Source: Octopus sinensis (lineage: Eukaryota). Taken from it: a stretch of DNA of 64,000 bases. Made by a program: the position numbers and the translations under genes. The stretch's first letter is position 1. Every line of letters starts with the position of its first letter. Positions 12,021-22,302 of the stretch are shown here, piece by piece. Under the pieces are notes generated by a model, which searched no databases, was not told the DNA's origin, and saw nothing but the letters and a program-made list of their open reading frames with translations. Location: positions 3,286,001-3,350,000 of the forward strand of contig NC_043004.1 in the NCBI RefSeq assembly GCF_006345805.1, in the 5' to 3' direction.

Positions 12021-12631
12021 GGAGTGATGTGGACCAAAAAAGTCTATCGGAGATGTTATCTCAGGACAAACAGTGTGGTAAGTGGCCTATCAACCTTGTG
12101 GATATCTGGCTTTTTAGTTAAACACTACCACAGTCACGTAGAACGAGTTTATAATTGTATATTTTTAGCACAGGCTGCAAAGAAACATAAATCGGCGGAA
12201 TTGGTTTGGTTCTGCTAAATCTCTATTTTATACCATAAAATAAAGAATACTAATGAATAAAAATAAACTCACACACGCACACACACACACACACACACGC
12301 ACACACACATGCACACTCTTCTTTCGTATCGATGGCCATGTCTGACACAGCTGTGTATAAAGCAATGCTAAAGTAGTCCAACTTCGGACCGTTCTCTAAA
12401 TATTCAGACTTGCAGGCTCCTTAGAAGATCGTCTGGACGGTGAACAGTAATCGGCTGTTGTCGCAAAACAATCAGTCTTTCTATTCTTTGTAATGAAACA
12501 TTTCGGTTGTTCGCAGTTCAGTTTTTGTCCCAGTGTATCGAAATATCCTTTGTAATGAATATTCCGTTCAATGACATTCTTTTCGAGTTGTCTCCATGAA
12601 ATTGTAATTGTGTTTGAAACAAATATTCACC

Positions 12632-13048
12632 ATGAGTGGCTGTGTGGTACGTAGCTTGCTTACCAACCACATGGTTCTGGGTTCAGTCCCACTGCGTGGT
12701 ACCTTGGGCAAGTGTCTTCTACTATAGCCTCGGGCCGACCAAAGCCTTGAGAGTGGATTTGATAAACGGAAACTGAAAGAAGACCGTCGTGTATACATAT
12801 ATATATATATATATATATGCATGTATGAGTGTGTATATGTTTGTGTGTGTGTGTTTTCCCACACCAACATCGCTTGACATCCGATGCTGGTGTGCTTACG
12901 ACCCCGTAACCTAGCGGTTCGGCAAAAGATGCCGATAGAATAAGTAATAGGCTTACAAAGAATGAGTCCTGGGGTCGGTTTGCACGACTAAAGGCGGTGC
13001 TCCAGCATGGCCGCAGTCAAAAGGACTGAAACAAATAAATGAATAAAA
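12632..13048 (+). mobile_element. SINE family A, full length
   Basis: tRNA-like head GAGTGGCTGTGTGG...GGTTCAGTCCC, CORE-like CCTTGGGCAAGTGTCTT, internal (TA)/(TG) tract, tail GACTGAAACAAATAAA; resembles described octopus tRNA SINEs (recall, unverified). Confidence 0.9.
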
Positions 13049-13154
13049 GAATATCTAAACATTCGATATATTGGTTTCTTACAACAGGATTTCACTGTTT
13101 ACATACCACCTTCACACACAAGCACACACACACACATGCACAAATATGTATATG

Positions 13155-13676
13155 TCGGGGAGGCTGATCTCCCTTTGCAGGCTGGCAAGGACACCGAGAT
13201 GGTGTCAGCCCTTCTGGTGACGTCGATGATCGCCTGGGGCTAAATGCATCAGTAACACCCCTACCACCCCGCCCTGTCCCTAGCCACATTCAGATGGCTG
13301 ATCCCCCTTATGTTATAGAGCAGTTACTGTTTATATCTCGCTCAGAGATTTATTATTGTTTTCGAACGGATTTTCTACGCCAGTGACTGTGGTTACTGTG
13401 AAAATCCCTATATATCCAGCCTGTAGAGGGAGTCCCTCAACGAAGAACGGTGCTTACCATGCGTTGACAAGAGGCAATAACCTCGAAACCGGTCGTATGT
13501 AGTATCCGTATCTTCGGAGAGGCTGATCTCCCTTTGTAGGCTGGCAAGGACACCGAGATGGATGTCAGCCCTTCTGGTGACGTCGATGATCGCCTGGGGC
13601 TAAATGCATCAGTAACACCCTACCACCCCGCCCTGTCCCTAGCCATATTCAGATGGCTGATCCCCCTTATGTTATA
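13155..13676 (+). mobile_element. Partial tandem (359-bp period) with 163-bp direct repeats and a degenerate HHR; retrozyme-like
   Basis: 13155-13317 repeated at 13514-13676 with few differences; spacer contains catgc-g-TTGACAA-gagg caataa cctc-GAAAC-CG-GTC-gtatg (13457-13500). Confidence 0.65.
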
Positions 13677-13677
13677 T

Positions 13678-13860
13678 ATTTCAGTTCTACATTTAAGAGA
13701 TGAGGAATTATGTACATTATTTACATGATTTACATTTGACGGATATTTGTCCTCATCTTGTTAACACAACATTTCGGCTGTTATACCCTCCAGCCTTCAT
13801 CACGTGTCTTGGGGAAATTTCGAACCTGGGTTCTCATTCCTAAGGTAATTTTCGATGTTG
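13678..13860 (-). mobile_element. PLE-derived terminal repeat with decayed HHR
   Basis: Minus strand 13764-13809: gacac-GTGATGA-a ggctg gagggtataa cagcc-GAAAT-GTT-gtgtt. Confidence 0.55.
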
Positions 13861-13866
13861 TTGTTG

Positions 13867-13917
<51 letters not shown>

Positions 13918-13941
13918 TATTATCATTATCATTATCATTAC

Positions 13942-14010
13942 TATTCAGGCGTAGCGGTTAAGAACGCGGGCTGCTAAACCCAAGATTCCGGGTTCGATTC
14001 CAGGCAGTGA

Positions 14011-14020
<10 letters not shown>
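13942..14020 (+). mobile_element. Isolated tRNA-like SINE head bracketed by inverted (ATT)n-CAGG / CCTG-(AAT)n
   Basis: GTAGCGGTTAAG A-box-like and GGTTCGATTCC B-box; TATTCAGG and CCTGAATA are reverse complements. Confidence 0.65.
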
Positions 14021-14063
<43 letters not shown>

Positions 14064-14244
14064 TTTACATTTGTTTCTTTTGTCATATCTGTGGCAGCAT
14101 GAGTTTAGAAAATAATACATAACTTGTTAAGTCTACTATAATTTAGAGAGTAGCAGAGGAAATAGTGGCGATCAGGATGCAAAGAGTGGTGACTTAGTTA
14201 CTTATATTTAGAAGATTTCTTATAGATATATGCAGAATGTGTGG

Positions 14245-14535
14245 AGGCACGTGGCCTAGTGGTTAGGGCAGCGGACTCGCCGTCGAGGGATCGCGGGTTC
14301 GAATCTCAGACCGAGCGATGTGTGTGTTTATGAGCGAATCACCTAATCTCCACGCGGCTCCGGCAAAAGGTAATGGTGAACATCTGCTGACTCTTTCACC
14401 ACGGCTTTCTCTCACATCTTGCAGCTCACCTGCGACGGACCGGCGTCCCGTCCAGGTGGGGAACTTATACGCTAAGGAAACCGGGAAACCGGCCCTTGTG
14501 AGCCAGGCATGGCTCAAGAAGGAACAAACAACAAT
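14245..14535 (+). mobile_element. tRNA-derived SINE family C, full length
   Basis: A box TGGCCTAGTGG (14252) and B box GGTTCGAATC (14296); reverse copy at 49445-49668. Confidence 0.9.
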
Positions 14536-15581
14536 GTAGAATGTAGTCTTGAACCATTTAGAAGCAAATCTTTTGGGAGTTTTCAACTGTATTCTAGTTA
14601 ATGGTGATAAATCAATTAATTCCACACAATCTACTAGACTTTCAATGTACTGGAACCCTATATCTACCTTTATCTACGCAAAAGGGTAGGTCGTAGGGTT
14701 AGTAATAAGGGTTAGTTGTAAATGAATTAAACAACGAAACAAAACAAACAGAGTAAGTATTTTGAGTTCCATTATTGATGTGAATATGCTAAGGAAATGG
14801 TTGTGTGCTACAAATGCGGAACTGTGTTTCACGTTAAATAATAGTTTATTTATAAAAGAAAGATGACACATTTTTTTACTGATAGAAATGTAATAAATAT
14901 AAATAAATAGAAAGACTATAATAAGAATAGGGATTTATAATAGGGTGGGTTTACAATCAATAACGAAGTAGACAAGTCAGGAAGTTGATTAGAAGTTACA
15001 ATTTGGTAATGCTATAATTTTGTTGGGAAGAGATATAAGGAGAAGGTCTATATTTATCAGTTGTAGTTGTTGAATAACAAAAACATATTAAATATGAAAT
15101 TAGAGATTGCATATGAATATTTAAGTCAAAATATTAGGAAGGAAGATAGAAAGAAATATACAAACAATCGCTACTTCATGCATATCATCATATGCATTAT
15201 ACATTTATTATATATACATATTATTTTCTACGCTGTATAGCTAATGGTAACATATTCTTATATGTTGTACACAGGCATATATGGCTGTAGATATGTGGAG
15301 ACGCGAGCATTCACAACATGATCACATATCAGTTGACAAGAATGAGTAATTTTACTGTCAAGAAAACAAAGAGGCAGAGATGTTGTTTAAGAGACTCACT
15401 TTGTAAATACGTGGCTTCGGATTCGATCACATTCAACAGCGCATTGAGAAAATGTGTTGTTGGGGAATTCGGTAAACTGCGGAAAACTGTGTGCAAGCCC
15501 ATCATATATATATATATATATATCTGTGTGTGTGTGTGTGCATATATACGTATACATATATATATATATATATATATATAA

Positions 15582-15924
15582 AAGGGGGGTAAAGACCCCC
15601 TTCGGTCATGAATGACCATGGGATTGCACCTAGAAAGTTACCCTCCTAGACACAAGTCCGGGCAAGGTTGTTTATGGAAGACCAGCAGTCGCCCATGCAT
15701 ACCAGCCTTCCCTCTCCATGCCACCAGTGTTATCCAAGGGAAAGACAAAGGTCGATACAGCTTGGCACCAGTGATGTCGCAACTCATTTCTACAGCTGAG
15801 TGACTGGAGCAACGTGAAATAAAGTGCTTTGCTCAAGAACACAACACGCAGCCCGGACCGGGATTCGAGCTCACAACCTCACGATCGTAAGCTCGACGCT
15901 CTAACCACTGAGCCATGCGCCTTC
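15582..15924 (-). mobile_element. tRNA-derived CORE-like SINE family E, full length
   Basis: Minus-strand head GAAGGCGCATGGCTCAGTGGTTAGAGCG, B-box-like GCTCGAATCCC, CORE-like TTCTTGAGCAAAGCACTTTATTTCACGTTGCTCCAG. Confidence 0.85.
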
Positions 15925-16019
15925 ATATATATATAGGTTTCGAACTATAATTACCACTGAGCCATGCGCCTTCATATATATATATATATATAGATATATA
16001 TATATATATCATATATATA

Positions 16020-16085
<66 letters not shown>

Positions 16086-16113
16086 TATATATATATAATA
16101 TTATATATATATA

Positions 16114-16151
<38 letters not shown>

Positions 16152-16727
16152 GGCAGGAATATCAGGTACAGACACCCCTGCACGGAGTCTTCATATTCAA
16201 TATATATTCAATTAATATTGTTTGGATGTGCGGATTATACAGACCTAGCAAGCTGCCTCAATTTAAGTACCTAATTCAACGGAATTTTCATTTATATTTA
16301 TGTGTGTGTGTGTATGTATATATATATATATATATATATATAATTCTTGAAATTAATATAGGGTAGGAAAAGTTATAGAAATTTTTTGTAACAGTGGCTT
16401 AGCATGTATTTAATGTCAATAGACATATTTTTCATGTAAAATTAGTGCACATTTAAACGCCAAAAGAAGCGAGCCTTAACAGGTTGCTTTACATGCTAGA
16501 AGGAACAGTCAAATGTCCAAACCACACTTAAGAGCAATTTCGAAGGGTGTGAAAAATAAAAACATTTACCATGTTTTACAGCCGGACCTTAGGTTTCGAA
16601 CTTTAATTACCAAATAAAATAATTTGCAAGGCGAAGTTCTTATCAGCGGGTACGCCAAATGTTTAAATGTACACTAATTATATATATATATATATATATA
16701 TCTGTGCATATATGTATATTTATAAAC

Positions 16728-16804
<77 letters not shown>

Positions 16805-17166
16805 TATATATTCTTCAAGGCGGTGCCCCTGCATGGCCGCAGTCTCAAATAAACATAATTTTAAGACAATTAAAAATTCAGTTTCTGTCAGTGATATTTT
16901 GTTCGTAAAGAGAATGAGAGAGAGAGAGAAGGGGGAGAGAGAGGGAGACTTATTGATAATTCGACATATAGACACACAAGCATTCAGACAGACAGGCACA
17001 CGCACACACATACACACACACATATACACTTGCGTCAGAAATTAATTAGCACTTCTCAAATTTCTACATTAAATAGGTTAAATCAATTAACCTATGAGCT
17101 GTTCAAAACGTCTTACGCGATGAGAAAACTTAGTATGGTGTGATTTCGGTCCTTGCGAGGCGCTAC

Positions 17167-17349
17167 CTATATCTATTAAACAAAGGAAGATTTGTCTGCA
17201 TCCGCACTCCAAGTTGTTGTTGCACTGCTATGTCCACATCATAAGGCTGTAGACTCTCAAACTGCTCTGTAAACAAAGTTACGTCATCGTTCTGCGCAAC
17301 AGTGAACTCGCAACAAAGCAATAGTTCGAGATATGGTGACAGCACATAC
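17167..17349 (-). CDS. Candidate internal coding exon of an unidentified host gene
   Basis: 183 bp (frame-preserving, phase 2-2), acceptor tttgctcttcactcaAG, donor AG|GTAGCG; reads YVLSPYLELLLCCEFTVAQNDDVTLFTEQFESLQPYDVDIAVQQQLGVRMQTNLPLFNRY; non-repetitive; product not recognised. Confidence 0.4.
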
Positions 17350-17917
17350 CTTGAGTGAAGAGCAAATCAAGGGTGCTAATTAATTTCTGACGGTAGTGTA
17401 CGTTACAAGTTGTTTAATTGAATGTAATTCAAATATGAAACTCGAAATTCTCTAAATTGTAGAATCCCGTGATTTGAAGAATTTTTTTCCTTTCCATCTT
17501 TGAGAATTCACTGTCGATGACAGCCATGACGAAGATTATGATTGTGTTTTAAGTTGGTCGAGCTTATCTGAAAATGTCATTTATAGTGTCTTGTTATCAC
17601 ACATATGCATCTTTCTCTCTCTCTCTCTCTATCTATCTATCTCTATCTATCTCTCTATCTCTCTCTATCTCTATCACTCTCTCGCCTTTCCTTACTCTCT
17701 CTTTCTCTTCACATTTATATATATATATATATATATATGTACATATATGCGTGTGTGAGTGTATGTGTATACATATATATATGTCTTTACATGTGTATGT
17801 ATATATATATATACAAACATCTATGTATATAGGTACATATATATATATATGTGTGTGTATGTATATATATACATATATATATATATGCATGTATATATAT
17901 ATATATGTGTGTGTAAT

Positions 17918-17959
<42 letters not shown>

Positions 17960-18432
17960 CATACATACATACATACATACATACAAACATACAAACATAC
18001 ATACATACATACATACATACATACACACATACGTATATATGTATAGACAGATATACACACACATCTATATATATATGACTAAGGATTGTTTTGTCACGTT
18101 GATGGTTGTATGTTTAATAGTTAATAGACTTATTTGTGAGATTAAGATTTGATCAACTTGTAGGATTGTCCAGTCACGTTCCACTCAAAACTGTGGAATC
18201 CTGTGCTCTTGCATGTGTTCTTAGTATGTTTATGATGTACGTGTGCATCTATGAGTGTGTGTGTGTGCGTGTGTGTGTGTGTGTGCGTCTGTATGAGTAT
18301 GTGTATTGTGTGTCCTCTGATGGGACGTGAGCCCGTAAAAAAATAGCAAGTGCCGTATATGTTTTAATAGACGTATATTTAGCGTGGGGAATCTGCTTGT
18401 TTGTTTGTTTGTGAGTGAGTGTGTGGTGTGTG

Positions 18433-18489
<57 letters not shown>

Positions 18490-18866
18490 CTGTGTAATCT
18501 ATTTGATTGTTTGTATGTGTGAACGTGTTTCTATGTGTATATATGTGTGAATCTATGTTGGCGTATTTCCGAATGGTTTGTGTTTCGTGTGTATTTAAAC
18601 GAGCAAATAAACACAAACGATCTTGTAACACGTCTGGGTAACAAAGTACAGCAGACATTTCTTTGCGTGTCGCTTCAATGTTCTTATCTGATATCTGACT
18701 ATGTATGTACGAATGAATGTATGGATCAATATGCTTATGGATGTATGTGTGAACCTAGTGTTAAAAACTTTCGGTATGCAAATTAGAATACCCCTTCATA
18801 GAGTAACTGTTGTATATAAAAAGTTTGGCTGCTCGTTTCTCTGGAGACTGTCAGAATGATGTAGAC

Positions 18867-18909
18867 GCCTCTGATGAGAAACCAATAAGGTTTGAAAATC
18901 GATTAAGGT
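18867..18909 (+). ncRNA. Minimal type-I hammerhead ribozyme, canonical core
   Basis: GCCT-CTGATGA-g AAACC aataa GGTTT-GAAAA-TCGA-TTA-AGGT; palindromic stem III AATCGATT; predicted cleavage after 18905. Confidence 0.75.
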
Positions 18910-18999
18910 TGTTCATTATTTTTTTGTTCAGTCTGCAGAGAAATGGCTAAAATTTGCCCCGTTTATAATTATACCATGTTTTATATATATATATATATA

Positions 19000-19262
19000 C
19001 AATTGCAGCGTGGAAGGTGTTTGTAAGCCATTTAAGAAACACCCAAAAGCTGTTCGATTCACTTCAACATTTAAGTTTAATTTGTCAAAATATTTTCGTC
19101 GCTAAAATCCGCGACCTGTTCACTGACAAAAATCCGTGATGCAGCACGGATTTTTGTCAGTGAACAGGTCGCGGAGGGCTTACAAACACCTTCCACGCTG
19201 CAATTGTTTTCGTTTCAGCACACGATCTCAGATCAAATTACTTGCTATGCGAGTACATCTCC
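19000..19262. mobile_element. Fold-back rearranged non-autonomous element (second partial copy at 19853-20010)
   Basis: Perfect 30-bp arms 19109-19138/19145-19174, outer 30-bp arms 19000-19029/19177-19206; homology to 19853-20010. Confidence 0.8.
19081..19130 (-). ncRNA. Hammerhead-like motif with G3:C8 core swap
   Basis: TTTGTCA-GTGAACA-g GTCGC ggatttta GCGAC-GAAAA-TA-TTT-TGACAAA; 7-bp stem I, 5-bp stem II, palindromic AAATATTT. Confidence 0.7.
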
Positions 19263-19429
19263 CTATATATATATATACGAGCAAAACGCCCCCCACCCCG
19301 TCCAATGGACGGTGCTGAGTTGTCAAACATTTAAACCAAATTTTCTCAAAACAACTTGTCCGACCGTCCCATAGGCCTCCCCTTTGAGGAACACTGATTT
19401 AAGCTAAATTTGTGACACCAGCAAAATAA

Positions 19430-19670
19430 GAAATAAAGATAGACTATTTTTCTATTCCAAGAAAAACGATTTTACAAATTCACGTTCCCACGACTTTATC
19501 GATCGCTTTCTCACCTGGAATCGATTTTTGTAATATTTTCAAGACTTATACACGCCCTGATACCGTCAGTATCTACATATCACTTTGAGCGTAATCGGAT
19601 GGAGGATGCCCGAGATCCTAGAAGACACACAGACAGACAGACAGAACGGATTTTATATAATATATATATA
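19430..19670 (-). mobile_element. Possible Helitron-type non-autonomous fragment
   Basis: Ends CACAGACAGACAGACAGAACGGATTTTATATAAT, resembling the 5' terminus layout of the 10927 element; no clear 3' hairpin. Confidence 0.35.
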
Positions 19671-20011
19671 ATTTTAGAATTTAGCTCTCATCAATCGTTG
19701 GGCAGGGTGGTCTACCAGATAAAGATTCCAAGACACATCCTCCGTCCGGACGGCACAGCAATAAATCCATTTAAAACGAGAGATGGCAAGGCATTCCTAA
19801 GTGCTGCCACAGACCAAGATGAATTTCCCTGAAGTTTATTCCATTGCATTAAGCGACAAAAATATTTTGGCAAATTAAATTTAAATGTTGAAGCGAATCT
19901 AACGGTTTTCGTGTGTTTTTAAATGGCTTATAAACGCCTAAGCTGCAGTTGTTTTTGGTTTCAGCACACGATTTCAGACCAGGTCATTTGCCATGCAAGT
20001 ACATCTCCGTA

Positions 20012-20044
<33 letters not shown>

Positions 20045-20094
20045 GTGTATGTATGTATGTATGTATGTATGTACATAAGGTGTGTAAATATATA

Positions 20095-20290
20095 GATGAA
20101 ATTTATAGAAAAACAAAAGACGAAGATTAGTGTATGAACAACAAGCAAGTGTACTAGTTTGACGCTCAGAAAAATTGAAAAACCATTTTACGTTTCGAGC
20201 CTACGCTCTTCGACAGAAAGGAATAAGAGAAAGTTATCAGAGAGAGAATAAAAAATATTGTAGATTTCAGCGGTCCATTATGACGAATAT
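20095..20290 (-). mobile_element. HHR-bearing non-autonomous element (CTGTCGAA core family)
   Basis: Homologous to 49690-49910; motif cttt-CTGTCGAA-gagc gtag gctc-GAAAC-GTA-aaat at 20186-20220. Confidence 0.7.
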
Positions 20291-20302
20291 ACACACACAC
20301 AG

Positions 20303-20333
<31 letters not shown>

Positions 20334-20334
20334 A

Positions 20335-20434
<100 letters not shown>

Positions 20435-20723
20435 CATGTATGTATGTATGTATAAGTATATGTACATGTACACATACACAAGGAGAGAGTGTAAGTGAGA
20501 TCCCTTTCTCGCTTGTAATGTTTGTGAAATCTTTCTTTAGTTCTCTCTTTCTTTTTCTCACTTTCAATCATTCCAACCGTTCATCTCTGTTTCTCTCTTC
20601 GTCTCTCTCGTTCCTATATTCTTTGTCATCGTTTTCCTTTCCCCAAAATATAACCTCGTTAACAAATCCAACCAGTGTCTATTCCCCGCTCTTTTGTCTT
20701 TTCTCTCCTCCAACTCGTATCAT

Positions 20724-20760
<37 letters not shown>

Positions 20761-21046
20761 TCCTATCTCTCCCTCTCACACACTAACACATTCCCTCTGT
20801 ATTTTCCAGCCCTCACTCATTCAGGACATGTCTCACCTCCCTTCCGACCCTCCCTTCTTTACTCCCCTCCACCACCCCCACATACATATAATCTTTAATC
20901 TCTATTTAATCATCACTTCCTCCCACACTCTTCAACGCTCTGATTCCCTCGCCAAATCTCTTCATCATTATCTCCCTCATTATCCTTCTCAATCAAATTC
21001 TCTCTCTTCCTACTGCTCCCTCTCACTCTCTTTTAGCCTTCAACCA

Positions 21047-21085
<39 letters not shown>

Positions 21086-21149
21086 TTTCCTCTCTGGTCA
21101 TTGATATACCTTATTTCTTAATTTCCACCCGACTACATCACTATTTCTT

Positions 21150-21167
21150 ATCCTCACTTCTTAGCTG

Positions 21168-21221
<54 letters not shown>

Positions 21222-21760
21222 TGCACACACACACATGCACACACACACACAGAAAGAGAGAAAGCTGGCACATAGATAGCTAGATAGATAAATGAATAGA
21301 TACGTACACACACACACACACACAAACCCACACATATATCCACACGCGCACACACGTACACAAATATATGCACACAGAAACTCACACATACACTCACATA
21401 TATCCACGCACACATACACACACGCACACGTGCACAAATATATACACACAGGCGCACACACACACAGGAGCATATATATATTTATATATCCACGAACACA
21501 CACGTATACAAATATATACACACAGTCGCACACACACACACGTACACAAATATATACACACAGACACACATACACACATACACACACACACACACGTACA
21601 CAAATATATACACACATACACACATACACACACACACACACACGAACATATCTATCCAGGCACACACACACCTACACAAAAATATACACACACACACATA
21701 TATCCACGTACACACACACACACGTACACAAATATATACACACAGACACACACACATATA
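21150..21760. repeat. (CA)n-derived degenerate minisatellite
   Basis: Recurring CACGTACACAAATATATACACAC and ATATATCCACG units. Confidence 0.75.
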
Positions 21761-22256
21761 TCGTTCTCTCCAGGCTCCTCTTTCCATCCTTCTGTCCCCC
21801 TTCCACCTTCCCCTCCACCTCTCCCTGTGTCATCTCTACAGAAACAAACCCTCCCTTCTTTATTACTCCATTCATTTTGCATCACTGCTGTCCGCTGTGC
21901 CGCTCTATCCCCCCTCCCCCGCAAGTGTCTCTCAACTGAGCTCATTTGCAATCTCTAATTATGACCAATCGCAAAGTTAGGGGGCGGTCAGACTGCGCCA
22001 GCGAAAAAAAAAATATGTCACAGACGTTTAGGGTGATTACCATCAGTTAAAGAGCAATTATAACTAGGGAGACTTTCACCAACTAATAGCTGATTGCACT
22101 TTCCAACCTTTTTTCACACTCCTCATAATCCACACACACACACAAGAAACTGTGAGTCCCTTTTATACTCATATGTCCTGTCCAGCCCCACTTTATCATC
22201 TCGCACTTTCCACACTCATATTTTAATTCACACATTCTTTCCTCCTTCCCTCCTTC

Positions 22257-22302
<46 letters not shown>

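Noticed and set aside
13942-14310. tRNA genes
   Set aside because: A/B boxes are present but no complete cloverleaf; they continue into SINE bodies found in multiple copies
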